This document shows positions 44,464 to 54,453 of a stretch of DNA of 64,000 bases, in pieces. The notes below the pieces were generated by a model. It did no database searches, had not been told where the DNA came from, and saw nothing but the letters and a program-made list of their open reading frames with translations. Numbering within the stretch: the stretch's first letter is position 1; each line of letters starts with the position of its first letter. The position numbers and the translations under genes were made by a program. The stretch is from a virus: the IMG/VR virus record IMGVR_UViG_3300003322_001323, positions 1-64,000 of that record. The stretch is one strand, 5' to 3'.

Positions 44464-46219
44464 GCCGGGCAGGTTTTATCCACCCAAGGTTTTAGGTAAA
44501 GCTCATTGGCCACCGAGCTATGAGCGCGTGCATAAATGGCGCCAGCTGCAGCTGCGAACGTTCAAGCGTGATCCAGCTTCATTGGAAGCGGCACTGCGGT
44601 ATTACGCCGAGCCCAAGCACGCGGCCGAGTTCATCTGCCACTGGGTGGACACCTACGATCCGCGCAACGCCGGTTCAAAGTTGCCCACGCGATTGCCGCT
44701 CGTGCTGTTTGAGAAGCAGGCCGAGCTTGTGGATTTCCTGAACGCACTGGTTGAGAACCAGCAGAATGGGCTCATCGACAAGAGCCGCGACATGGGTGCA
44801 ACCTGGCTCTGCTGCGCGTTCAGCGTTTGGATGTGGCTGTTCGTTCCGGGCGCATCGATCGGTTGGGGCTCGCGCAAGCAGGAATTGGTGGATAAGCTTG
44901 GCGATCTGGACAGCATCTTTGAGAAGCTGCGCCAACTCATTCGCGGTCTGCCGCGCGAGTTCCTGCCACACGGTTTTGCCTATTCAAAGCATTTGAGCTT
45001 TGAGCGCATTTTGAACCCGGAGACGGGCGCCAGCATCACGGGCGAGGTCGGCGATAACATCGGCCGTGGCGGCCGCAAATCGATTTACTTCAAGGACGAG
45101 AGCGCCCACTATGAGCATCCCGAGCTCATTGAGGCGGCGCTGGGCGACAATACCCGCGTCCAGGTGGACATCTCCACGCCGAACGGCATCGGCACGGTCT
45201 ACGACCGCAAGAAGGAAAGCGCCATAGAGTGGAAGCCCGGCGACAAGATGAAGCCGGGCTTTACGCAGATGATCGTGATGGACTGGTCACATCATCCGAT
45301 GAAGACGCAGAAGTGGTACGACGAGCGCGAAGCCAAGATGAAGCGCGAGGGCCTCATCCACATCTTCCGCCAAGAGGTGGACCGCAATCCAGCCGCCTCG
45401 CTCGTCGGCATCATCATCCCGGCTGAGTGGGTGAACGCCGCGGTGGATGCCCACGTCAAGCTGGGCTTCGGCGCGACCGGCAGCCTGGTAGGCGCGCTAG
45501 ACGTGGCGGATGAGGGCGGTGACCTCAACGCGCTCACCATGCGCAAGGGCGTGATTCTGCAGCTGGCCGAGGACTTCGCGGGCGACGAGGAGGGCGTGGG
45601 CAAGAGCGCGCGCTACGCCATCGGGGAGCTGCAGCAGCGGGGCTGCTTCAATCTTCAATACGACTGCATCGGCGTTGGCGCCGGCGTTAAGACCGAGGCG
45701 GCGCGGCTGCGAAAGGAGCAGAAGCTGCCGCGGGGCTTTCAGGTCATTGCCTGGGATGCGGGCCAGTCGGTGCTCCGGCCGAAGGAGCGCCTGGTGCCGG
45801 GCGACAAGACCTCGCCGCTGAACGAGGACTTCTACAAGAACCTGAAGGCGCAGGGCTGGTGGGAGCTGCGCCGACGGTTTGAGAAGACCTACCAGATGAT
45901 AAAAGAGCCCTACATCTATCAGTATAAGTTCAACGAGCTCATCTCGCTGCCGAGCACGCTGCCCCGGTTGCCGCAGTTGAAGAGAGAGCTTTCCCAACCG
46001 ACGATCGCGCGCGATGGAGCCATGCGCATCCTGGTGGACAAGAAGCCGGATGGCGCGAAGTCGCCCAACCTTGGAGACAGCATTATGATGAATTATTTCC
46101 CGCTCCAGGGCGCGATGATCGTGACCGACGAGCACATTGCAAGCATGGCCAGGCCAACACCCATGAAGTTGCGCAGCGAGCGGCAATCGCAGGCCGACCA
46201 GGTGGCGCAGTTCCGGTGA
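44447..46219 (+). CDS. terL: Terminase large subunit
   Basis: KSRDMGATW, YFKDESA, ISTPNG, LDVADEGGD, YDCIGVG, SPNLGD. Confidence 0.95.
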   Translation: MTKKPKPGRFYPPKVLGKAHWPPSYERVHKWRQLQLRTFKRDPASLEAALRYYAEPKHAAEFICHWVDTYDPRNAGSKLPTRLPLVLFEKQAELVDFLNALVENQQNGLIDKSRDMGATWLCCAFSVWMWLFVPGASIGWGSRKQELVDKLGDLDSIFEKLRQLIRGLPREFLPHGFAYSKHLSFERILNPETGASITGEVGDNIGRGGRKSIYFKDESAHYEHPELIEAALGDNTRVQVDISTPNGIGTVYDRKKESAIEWKPGDKMKPGFTQMIVMDWSHHPMKTQKWYDEREAKMKREGLIHIFRQEVDRNPAASLVGIIIPAEWVNAAVDAHVKLGFGATGSLVGALDVADEGGDLNALTMRKGVILQLAEDFAGDEEGVGKSARYAIGELQQRGCFNLQYDCIGVGAGVKTEAARLRKEQKLPRGFQVIAWDAGQSVLRPKERLVPGDKTSPLNEDFYKNLKAQGWWELRRRFEKTYQMIKEPYIYQYKFNELISLPSTLPRLPQLKRELSQPTIARDGAMRILVDKKPDGAKSPNLGDSIMMNYFPLQGAMIVTDEHIASMARPTPMKLRSERQSQADQVAQFR

Positions 46220-48516
46220 AGCCCCACAAGCCCGGCGAATATACCCGGCGCAAGCGCCGGCAGCCCAAGGCCGCCAAGCCGCGGCCGGCGATCGCGCGCC
46301 ATCCGGTCAAGGCCAAGGCCAAGCGTGGACCCCGGTTGCGCGAGGCCGGCCTGGGCGCCGACCAGCTCTCGCAGTTCACCGGCATTCAGCGGGAGCTGAA
46401 GCGGGTCAAGGACAAGCCCTTAAAGGGCAAGCGGGTCTTTCGCATCACCGATCAGATGCTGGCCAATGCCAGGGGTCACACGGGCGCGAGCGTGGAGCTG
46501 GCGCGCAAGATATTCGCGGCGGCCAAGCCCTTGCCAACGGTGCTGCCGAAGAACAACCAAAAAGCCCTGCTGGCGATGGATGAAAACATCAGCCTGTTCA
46601 CGGCCTGGGCGGCGCAGAGCATCTACAATGGCGCCTTCCAGCAGGGCGTAACCTTCCTGGGCTATCCGTACCTGGCCGAGCTCACCCAGCGCGCCGAATA
46701 TCGTCGGATCAGTGAGGTGATCGCCACCGAGATGACGCGCAAGTGGATCGAGATCAAGGCCCACAGCGCGCAGAAGGTAACGGCCGCGCTTACCGATGAG
46801 GAGGGCGAGGACACCGAGGAGGAGGACCTCAACGCGGGCGGCCCCGAGGAGGCGGAGGAGCTCCAGGGTGATGACCCGAGCTTCCAGTACGACGACGGCG
46901 TGGCCACCGATGAGGTGGTCAAGTGGGTGGACAGCCCGGAGCAGGCCGCGGCCGAGGTGGACCAGCTTGCGCAGACGCAAAACGGCGAGGCGCCTACCGA
47001 CCCCAACGCCAACCTCGAGGTGGACGGCGAGGAGGACGTGGACGTGGACGGTGCGGTGGCGCCGAGTGCGCCCGCCGCTCCGGATAAGACCGCCAAGATC
47101 AAGGAATTGGAGGACGAGCTAAAGCGTTTAAACGTCCAGGCCCTGTTCAAGAGCATCTGTGAGCAGGACGGCTTCTTTGGCCGCGCGCATCTCTACATTG
47201 ATACGGGCCATACCGACAACCTGCCCGAGCTGAAAATGCCGATTGGCGACGGCCAGGACCAGGTAAGCCAGGCCAAGCTCAAGCCGGGCAGCATCAAGGC
47301 GCTCAAAACCGTGGAGGCTATCTGGTGCTACCCGGCCAACTACGACAGCTTTGATCCGCTCAAGCCGGACTGGTATCGACCATGCTCATGGTTCGTGCAG
47401 GGCAAGGAGGTGCACGCCTCACGCCTGCTGACCTTCGTCGGGCGCGAGGTACCGGATATGCTGAAGCCGGCCTATTCGTTCGGCGGGCTATCACTCTCGC
47501 AAATGGTCAAGCCGGTGGTGGACAACTGGCTCAACGTGCGCCAGAGCGTGGCCGACATCATCAAGGCCTTCACGGTCTTTGTACTTAAGACTAACCTGCA
47601 GACCTTAATGCAGGAGGACGGCGACCAGGTTACACGCCGCGCCGACTATTTCAACGCCACGCGCAGCAACCGCGGCGTGATGATGGTGGACAAAGAGACC
47701 GAAGACTTCATGAACGTCTCGGCCTCGCTGGCATCGCTGGACAAGCTCCAGGCCCAGGCCGAGGAGCACATCTGCTCAGCCTCCGGCCTCCCCCTGGTCA
47801 AGTACACCGGCATTTCGCCCAGCGGCCTTAATGCCACGAGCGAGTTTGAGATTCAGGTCTTCTACGATTTCATCAAGGCCTTCCAGAACTTCTTCTTCGC
47901 GCCCAACCTTACGCGCATCTTTCACATGGCCCAGATCAACCTGTGGGGTGCGGTGGACCCGGACCTGTACTATGAGTTCCTGCCGCTGCAGGAGCTGACC
48001 GAAAAGGATCGCGGCGACAAGGAGAAGGCCGAGGCCGATCGCGACAAGACCCTTATCGACGCGGGCGTGCTCCATCCCGAGGAGGCCCGCGCGCGGCTGA
48101 GCCAGGAGGCCGATGGCCCCTACGCCGGCATTGACGTGAACAACGTGCCGGAGCCGCCGATGCCGCCAGGCGGCGAGGACCCGTTCGGGCGCGAAGAAGG
48201 TTTTGACGAGGGCGCTGAGCCCGGCAGCGAGGAGCCACCGGCCTTTGATGCCGATTTTGATGAGAGCAAGCATCGGCGCGGCCCGGGTGGCCAGTTTGGC
48301 AGCGGCGGCAAGAGCGCGAGCGCAAAGCCGGTGAAGCATAAGGCCGGCGAGGTGCATCGCGTGGGCAAGTTCTCCGTGCGCCACGACCCGGCGCGCGCCA
48401 AGAAGGGCCTGCCGTCCTACGCCGTATTTGAGGACGACAACGTGAAGGCGCATAGCGCGCACCACGACTTAAACGAGGCTAAGGGTGCCGCCGAGAAGCG
48501 CCACCGCGGCGAGTAA
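46216..48516 (+). CDS. Portal protein (DUF1073) with basic N-extension, acidic insertion and C-terminal appendage
   Basis: FLGYPYLAELTQRAEYR, VHASRL, KPAYSFGGLSLSQ, GISPSGLNA; follows TerL. Confidence 0.9.
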   Translation: MKPHKPGEYTRRKRRQPKAAKPRPAIARHPVKAKAKRGPRLREAGLGADQLSQFTGIQRELKRVKDKPLKGKRVFRITDQMLANARGHTGASVELARKIFAAAKPLPTVLPKNNQKALLAMDENISLFTAWAAQSIYNGAFQQGVTFLGYPYLAELTQRAEYRRISEVIATEMTRKWIEIKAHSAQKVTAALTDEEGEDTEEEDLNAGGPEEAEELQGDDPSFQYDDGVATDEVVKWVDSPEQAAAEVDQLAQTQNGEAPTDPNANLEVDGEEDVDVDGAVAPSAPAAPDKTAKIKELEDELKRLNVQALFKSICEQDGFFGRAHLYIDTGHTDNLPELKMPIGDGQDQVSQAKLKPGSIKALKTVEAIWCYPANYDSFDPLKPDWYRPCSWFVQGKEVHASRLLTFVGREVPDMLKPAYSFGGLSLSQMVKPVVDNWLNVRQSVADIIKAFTVFVLKTNLQTLMQEDGDQVTRRADYFNATRSNRGVMMVDKETEDFMNVSASLASLDKLQAQAEEHICSASGLPLVKYTGISPSGLNATSEFEIQVFYDFIKAFQNFFFAPNLTRIFHMAQINLWGAVDPDLYYEFLPLQELTEKDRGDKEKAEADRDKTLIDAGVLHPEEARARLSQEADGPYAGIDVNNVPEPPMPPGGEDPFGREEGFDEGAEPGSEEPPAFDADFDESKHRRGPGGQFGSGGKSASAKPVKHKAGEVHRVGKFSVRHDPARAKKGLPSYAVFEDDNVKAHSAHHDLNEAKGAAEKRHRGE

Positions 48517-49318
48517 CGCCAAGCCCAAGCTGCTCAAGCCGGTGCGCCCCTCCGCGGCGATTGACGCCTGGTACAAGCGCAAGCTGGACCAGCTGGTTGA
48601 GGAGATGAACGCCTCGATTGCCTTCTGGCTGGAGCGATCCTACGCCAACCGCGAGGACCAGATTGTGGCCATGGATGAGCTGCCGGCCAAGCAACTGAGC
48701 CGGGCGCTGGCCCGGTTGCGGCGGCGCTGGCAGAAGAACTTCGACGAGGCGGCGCCCAAGATCGCCAAGCATTTTACCCAGCAGGTGGACCAGCGCAGCA
48801 AGAAGCAGCTGCAGGACATTCTGAAGGAGGCCGGCTTCTCGGTCGAGTTCACGATGACCTCGAAGCAGGCTGATGGTATTCGCGCCAACATTCAGGAAAA
48901 CGTGTCGCTGATCCGATCCATTCCGCAGAAGCACTTTACGGATATTGAGGGCATGGTGATGCGCTCAGTGCAGGCGGGTCGGGACTTGCACACGCTTTCG
49001 ACCCAATTGCAGAAGCAATACGGCAAGACCAAGAAGCGCGCCGCGCTCATCGCGCGCGATCAGAACAACAAGGCAACGGCCTTTTTGACGCGGACGCGGC
49101 AGGGGGAGCTCGGCATCAAGAAGGCCATCTGGATGCACAGCCACGCGGGCAAGGTCCCGCGGCCGACGCACCTGGCCAACGACGGCAAGCCCTACGACGT
49201 GGAGAAGGGCTGGTACGATCCCGATGCCCACGGCAAGGGCAAGGGCGCCTACATCTTTCCCGGCGAGCTCATCAACTGCCGGTGCGTTTCCAGGTCCATC
49301 ATTCCGGGTTTCACATGA
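48485..49318 (+). CDS. Head morphogenesis protein (MuF/SPP1 gp7)
   Basis: RAALIARDQNNK, PRPTH, PGELINCRC. Confidence 0.9.
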   Translation: MPPRSATAASNAKPKLLKPVRPSAAIDAWYKRKLDQLVEEMNASIAFWLERSYANREDQIVAMDELPAKQLSRALARLRRRWQKNFDEAAPKIAKHFTQQVDQRSKKQLQDILKEAGFSVEFTMTSKQADGIRANIQENVSLIRSIPQKHFTDIEGMVMRSVQAGRDLHTLSTQLQKQYGKTKKRAALIARDQNNKATAFLTRTRQGELGIKKAIWMHSHAGKVPRPTHLANDGKPYDVEKGWYDPDAHGKGKGAYIFPGELINCRCVSRSIIPGFT

Positions 49319-49509
49319 GCATCTTGAGATTGGACGCTAACGACACGCAGTTTGCCGCGCTTGCCACCACGCTCGGGTTCACCGAGATGGAGGGGCGCTA
49401 CCTGGTGCGTGGCAAGCCGCTTACCAACGACGAGGCGGAGCGGGTGCGCGACGCGCTCCAGGACGGCATGTACAAGCTCTATCACATGGAAGCGCGGGGC
49501 AACGCGTGA
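49315..49509 (+). CDS. Hypothetical protein
   Basis: ATGA and GTGA coupling. Confidence 0.5.
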   Translation: MSILRLDANDTQFAALATTLGFTEMEGRYLVRGKPLTNDEAERVRDALQDGMYKLYHMEARGNA

Positions 49510-50129
49510 GCACACCGCGACGCCAGGTACTGGACTTTTTCAAGCTGTATCCGACGCGCCGACCCATCTCGCGCGCCGCGCTCTCGGGTGTGCTGGGAAT
49601 CGCCTTTCCAACGTTGGACCTGGCGCTGGAGCAGTTGCGCTCCGAAAACATTCTGGAGCCGACCAGCTGTGGCGAGTGGCGCCCCACCATGGCCTTTGTG
49701 CGGGTAGAGCTGGCCAAGCGCGATTTCATCGTGGAGCAGGCCGATGCCGCAGCGCAAAAGATCGCGATAAAAAACGAGGAGCGCCAGCGCAAGCGGGCGG
49801 AGAAGCTGGCTCGGCGCGAGGAGCGCGCGCGGGAGCGCCTGATTCAACGCCTGGAGCGCCAGGCCCAGCAGGCGGTTGACCGGGAGAAGGCGCGCGAGGA
49901 GCGGGCCAACCAGCGGCTAATCGATCGGCTGGAGCGGAAGCTGCTGGATCAGCAGGAAAGCGCTGGCAAGATACCGCCGGCCGTGGTGGAGCCGATCATC
50001 TTTGAGCCCAAGGTCATCACCCCAAGCAGCGAGGCCTGGGCGAAGGTGCGGGAGCGTCGCTATGCCAAGCCGGCCTACCTGGGCAGCGAGTTTACGCTTG
50101 ATCCGCGCAAGCTGATGGGCTCGCGGTGA
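49506..50129 (+). CDS. Hypothetical protein (winged-helix-like plus coiled coil)
   Basis: ISRAALSGVLG...; E/R-rich helix. Confidence 0.6.
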   Translation: MSTPRRQVLDFFKLYPTRRPISRAALSGVLGIAFPTLDLALEQLRSENILEPTSCGEWRPTMAFVRVELAKRDFIVEQADAAAQKIAIKNEERQRKRAEKLARREERARERLIQRLERQAQQAVDREKAREERANQRLIDRLERKLLDQQESAGKIPPAVVEPIIFEPKVITPSSEAWAKVRERRYAKPAYLGSEFTLDPRKLMGSR

Positions 50130-50533
50130 GCCTGGAGGAGCCGGTACAGCGCTTTCAGCGCCTGAGCGCCAAGCTGATCCGGCGCTGCGGCTATCACTTT
50201 CCGGTCGGGCACTGGACCTACGCGCACTGGTGTCCGGCCTGCGAGGAGCTGCACGACTTCGCGGTGGAGCAGCCATTTACCAATGGGGCGCAGTGGACGC
50301 TATGCGCGGACGGCCTGGAGCTGCCTACCTTCAGCCCGAGCATGAACATTCGCATTGGACCGTTACCAGCGGACAGCCACAAGCCGGGTGGCTTCGAGGT
50401 TTGCCATTACTTTCTGAGCAAGGGCCAGCTGCGGTATCTCACCGACTGCACGCACCGGCTATGCGCCCAGACGGTGGACCTGCCCGACATTCCGGCGCGC
50501 GCCCTGCAATATATGACCGAGGTCAAATCATGA
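50126..50533 (+). CDS. DUF6527-like protein
   Basis: WCPACEELH, PTFSPS, CHYFL..G.LRYLTDCTH. Confidence 0.75.
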   Translation: MSLEEPVQRFQRLSAKLIRRCGYHFPVGHWTYAHWCPACEELHDFAVEQPFTNGAQWTLCADGLELPTFSPSMNIRIGPLPADSHKPGGFEVCHYFLSKGQLRYLTDCTHRLCAQTVDLPDIPARALQYMTEVKS

Positions 50534-50814
50534 GTCATCTAAGCGATTTTACTTATCATCTGATCGAAAACCGCGAGGGTACGCCCGTGGAAGTGGGGAC
50601 CATCGTTTCGGTCTTTACCAACCTGGGCAACTATCTGCCGGGCAGCACGCCGGCGGAGCAGCGCGATTACGCGCGCCGCGAGCTGATGCCTGAGAAAATG
50701 CTGGCCTTCGATGCGGAGGCGGACACCTTCGACACCATCAACGAGGGCGAAGCGCCAGAGGATTTTCTCATTCGTCGCGACAAGGGCCTAAAGGACAGCG
50801 GGTTCCGTGCCTAG
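50530..50814 (+). CDS. Hypothetical protein with LAFD motif
   Basis: GAGG RBS; ATGA overlap. Confidence 0.55.
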   Translation: MSHLSDFTYHLIENREGTPVEVGTIVSVFTNLGNYLPGSTPAEQRDYARRELMPEKMLAFDAEADTFDTINEGEAPEDFLIRRDKGLKDSGFRA

Positions 50815-51439
50815 CGTTTCGGAGAAGCAGCACAACGCGATGGAAGCGGCCGCGCATGGTCACTCCACGCTTGGTATCCCCAAGAGCGTGGGCCAGGAAT
50901 TTGTCGAGGCCGACAAGGTGGCCAAGGACGCGGAGCCGCGCGCCGCGGGCGTGCTGGTACGGGATGCGGACGGTCGCGTGCTGTTCGCGCGCCGCTCGGG
51001 CACCGGCGACTATGGTGGGCACTGGGCGCTGTTTGGCGGTGGCGTGGAGAGCGGCGAGACCGATGAGGAGGCAGCACGGCGTGAATTGATGGAGGAGAGC
51101 GGCTACCAGGCCGACAGCCTCACCCCGGTGCACGAGCATTACTTCAACGGGCTCAACTTCGCGACCTTCGCGCACGACGCCGGCTCGCAGTTCATTCCCA
51201 AGCTCACGGGCGAACACGACGCCTGGGCCTGGGCGCACCCGAGCTCGCCGCCATCCCCCCTGCACCCCGGCGTGGCCGCCACGCTCGGCGACATCGCGCG
51301 CGAGCAGGAGGCGCGGTTCACCTGGGGGCCGGATCAATTGGAGATAATACAGCCGGAAAATCCCCAGCCGGCGCCGCCGTACATTGAGGAGATTGACGAC
51401 CCCGGCGAGGCCGCGGTGGAGCTGGAAATCTCCGAGTGA
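50807..51439 (+). CDS. NUDIX hydrolase with head-associated N-terminal peptide
   Basis: Nudix box GGGVESGETDEEAARRELMEESG; leader MPSVSEKQHNAMEAAAHGHSTLGIPKSVGQEF. Confidence 0.9.
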   Translation: MPSVSEKQHNAMEAAAHGHSTLGIPKSVGQEFVEADKVAKDAEPRAAGVLVRDADGRVLFARRSGTGDYGGHWALFGGGVESGETDEEAARRELMEESGYQADSLTPVHEHYFNGLNFATFAHDAGSQFIPKLTGEHDAWAWAHPSSPPSPLHPGVAATLGDIAREQEARFTWGPDQLEIIQPENPQPAPPYIEEIDDPGEAAVELEISE

Positions 51440-52932
51440 TCCCGAACCTGAACGCGCTGGCGCGCCTGGCCTTTGACGAGGGCGATTGGAAGGAGAGCCA
51501 GCATCCGCGCGACCCGAAGGGTCAGTTCACGAGCGGGGGCGGGAGCTCCGGCACCGGCCCGAGCAACTCGAACAAGCCGGTACAGGTCTCCACCACGATC
51601 GGCACGCCGCTGAGCAAGGCCGGCTTCAAGAAGGTGAAGCAGCCCGGACCGAACGGCAGCGTGACCTTCTTTCACCCGAGCGGGGTGAAGGTCCACGTGC
51701 ACCCGGCGCCCGAGGGCAAGAAATATTCCAGCAAGTGGACGCATGAGGCGGAAGGCGCGCAGACGCAGGGGGAGGGCTCCAAGCTGGAGCAGCTTCTCGC
51801 CAAGCTGGTGCAGAAGGCGGAGGCGGCGAAGCCGGCGCCAACGCTGAAGGCAATGGGCACGCACGAGTTTACGCCGAATGGCAGCAGCAACGCCGAAAAG
51901 ATCGCCGACATCGAGAGCAAGGGATGGAAGTTTGCCGGCGTTAGCAAGGAGGGAGATAAAACCCTCTTTAATGGTGGAGGAGCGGGTTGCGTCTTCAACA
52001 ATAAGACGGGAACTGCCACCACCTACATGCATTTTAGCGACGCGCAGCAGGCGGTTAACGCAGAAGCGCCTGCGCTAAGTGAAAACGAACAAGCGTTCAT
52101 AAAGGCGAGTGGTACCTTCGCCAAGGAGCAGGGCTACAAGCCGATTGACATAGATGGAAGTACGATAATCTATGCTAAGGAAAACGGGGCCAAACTACAA
52201 ATCAGTGCTGGCAATGGACATTGGGTTGCTTCAACTCCGGGACACGTGACCAAGGAAGGTTATAGCCTGGACAATTTGAAACAATTGCTAACCACGAATA
52301 CCGTACCTTCTGGCGTTTTTAATTCGCAATTCGCCATTCAGACCCAGGCTGAGAAGGTAGCCGCCACCAAAGCGCAGAAAGAGGCGCAGAAGGCGCAGGC
52401 CGAGGCTAGCAAGCACAAGAAGCTCTATACCAAGCTCAAGGACCAGGCGCCGCACCCGACCTCGACGCAGCAGAATGCCATCGCCAAATACAGCGGCTCG
52501 GGCTATTCGTCCTGGAACGATAAGCTGCGGCACGATCCGAACTACGCCAAGACCGACCCGCTGACGAAGCACCTGGATGATTATTTGAACAACGCCACCT
52601 TTGAGGAAGATTTCACCGTTACCCGTAAGGTGGATGGTGAATACGCCAAAATCCTCAAGAGCATCATCTTCGAGGGGACGAAGTTCATCGATCGTGGCTA
52701 CGTTAGCACCAGCGCCACGGGGCAATGGCATGGTAGCTTAAAGTTCATCATCAACATCAAGAAGGGCCAGAAGGGCGCGGCGATCGGCAAGTGGTCGCAC
52801 CACCCGAGCGAGGACGAGGTGCTGCTACCGCGAAATTCGGCCTTTGTGGTCAAGACCTATGACGCGGCGAACAACACCATCCACGTGGATTTGGACCAGA
52901 GCCATTTTGAGGAGAAGAAGGCGGCCGCATGA
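51436..52932 (+). CDS. ADP-ribosyltransferase (VIP2/Alt-like, R-S-E class) with HPR leader
   Basis: YSGSGYSSWNDKLR, VTRK, YVSTS, SEDEVLLPR. Confidence 0.88.
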   Translation: MIPNLNALARLAFDEGDWKESQHPRDPKGQFTSGGGSSGTGPSNSNKPVQVSTTIGTPLSKAGFKKVKQPGPNGSVTFFHPSGVKVHVHPAPEGKKYSSKWTHEAEGAQTQGEGSKLEQLLAKLVQKAEAAKPAPTLKAMGTHEFTPNGSSNAEKIADIESKGWKFAGVSKEGDKTLFNGGGAGCVFNNKTGTATTYMHFSDAQQAVNAEAPALSENEQAFIKASGTFAKEQGYKPIDIDGSTIIYAKENGAKLQISAGNGHWVASTPGHVTKEGYSLDNLKQLLTTNTVPSGVFNSQFAIQTQAEKVAATKAQKEAQKAQAEASKHKKLYTKLKDQAPHPTSTQQNAIAKYSGSGYSSWNDKLRHDPNYAKTDPLTKHLDDYLNNATFEEDFTVTRKVDGEYAKILKSIIFEGTKFIDRGYVSTSATGQWHGSLKFIINIKKGQKGAAIGKWSHHPSEDEVLLPRNSAFVVKTYDAANNTIHVDLDQSHFEEKKAAA

Positions 52933-54425
52933 TTGAGCTGCACTTTACCGACAATCAGTGCGTAGTCAAGGGGCGCCCCGACCTGGGCGGCTTTCCCAAT
53001 CCCTTCGCCGCGCTCAAGGCGGTGGAGCTGCTCGGCATGGATGAGATGCCGAACCGCAACTTTGATCGCGATGGTCGCATGCACGTTCGCACCTCGAACA
53101 TCTCGAAGGCGAACATCTGCGATTATTACGGCCGCGAGATTCCGGGCTGGCAGCGCCTGGGCCTGGACCCGCTGAAGAAGTACAAGCTTTTACGGCATCC
53201 CGATGAGCTCGCCAAGGCCGCGCCGACCTTCAACAATCTGCCGATCCTCATCAAGCACACGCACGTAACGGCCGACGATCATCAGCCGCACCTGATCGTG
53301 GGCACTACGGGCTCGGAGGCGCGTTACGAGCATCCCTACATGAAAAACGGGACGAGCTTCTGGGCCGGTGGCGCCATCGACGGCATTCGCACCGAAGCCA
53401 TGAACGAACTTTCCAGTTCCTACCATTACCGCCCGGATATGACGCCGGGTGAGTATGAGGGAGAGGCCTACGATGGAGTGATGCGAGACATCGTAGGAAA
53501 CCACGTCGCATTGGTCCGTGATGGACGAGCCGGGGACGACGTCGTCGTCGGCGACAGCAAACCAGAGGAGTATCTTATGAGCAAGACTGTGTTGTCGCGC
53601 ACGGCTCTCTACGCGGCCGGGGCCTTGCAAGCCCTGATCGGTGCGAAGCTGGCGATGGACTCCAAGCCGATTGACACGTCGGCGCTGTTCGAGGGTGTGA
53701 CGTCCAAGAACTTTGACGAGCAGAAGGCGACCGTCAAGGCGCGCCTGCTGGAAGCGTTGAAGGGCGAAGGCGTCAAGCTGGCGCAGGATGCGCTGCCCGA
53801 AAACCTGGCCGGCCTCGCCGAGAAGATGGAGATGCCGGCAGTGCAGGAGGGTGCCGACGCCGACCCGGAAACGGGCGCACCGCTGGATGCGGAAGCCCTG
53901 ATGAAGGCGATGCACGATCCGGGCGCTTCCGACATCGATGTTGATTCCAAGCGGCGCGAGTTTCTCGCAGGCAAGCTCTCCGCCGATGACATGAAAGCCT
54001 ACGACGCGATCGGCGGCGCACCGTCCGAAGAAACCGTGGTTGTACCTGAAAAGGAGAAAATCGAGGACATGATCACCAAGCCGGCCATGGATGAGGCCAT
54101 CAAGTCTGCCACTGACGCTGCCATTGCAGGCGAGCGTAAGAACCAGCAGGCCATCCAGGCCGCGCGCGAAGCGGTCGAGCCCTATGTCGGCAAGCTGGCG
54201 CTTGCGTTCGACAGCGCGCCCGACGTCTATCGCAAGGCCTTGGGCATGATGGGCGTGAAGGACGCGGACAAAATCCACGCCGATGCGCTCCCCCACGTGC
54301 TTTCTGCCCAGCGCAAGCCGGGTGAGCGCGTCAACAGCGGTCGTCTGAGCCTGGCCCACGACGCCAAGCCGTCGGACGACTTTCACACCCGCTTCGCCGG
54401 TGCCTCGCGCATCGGGGTGGCGTAA
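52929..54425 (+). CDS. DUF2213 prohead protease/scaffold
   Basis: ISKANIC.YYGREI, ELSSSYHY, GNHVALV..GRAG.DV; internal GAGGAG plus ATG at 53577 may start a separate scaffold. Confidence 0.9.
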   Translation: MIELHFTDNQCVVKGRPDLGGFPNPFAALKAVELLGMDEMPNRNFDRDGRMHVRTSNISKANICDYYGREIPGWQRLGLDPLKKYKLLRHPDELAKAAPTFNNLPILIKHTHVTADDHQPHLIVGTTGSEARYEHPYMKNGTSFWAGGAIDGIRTEAMNELSSSYHYRPDMTPGEYEGEAYDGVMRDIVGNHVALVRDGRAGDDVVVGDSKPEEYLMSKTVLSRTALYAAGALQALIGAKLAMDSKPIDTSALFEGVTSKNFDEQKATVKARLLEALKGEGVKLAQDALPENLAGLAEKMEMPAVQEGADADPETGAPLDAEALMKAMHDPGASDIDVDSKRREFLAGKLSADDMKAYDAIGGAPSEETVVVPEKEKIEDMITKPAMDEAIKSATDAAIAGERKNQQAIQAAREAVEPYVGKLALAFDSAPDVYRKALGMMGVKDADKIHADALPHVLSAQRKPGERVNSGRLSLAHDAKPSDDFHTRFAGASRIGVA

Positions 54426-54453
54426 AGATCAATCTTGAAAGGAGATTGAAATT

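Noticed and set aside
46216-48516. Anti-CBASS Acb1 call for the DUF1073 protein
   Set aside because: Position after TerL, size and motifs indicate the portal; no paired HxT phosphodiesterase motifs were recognised.
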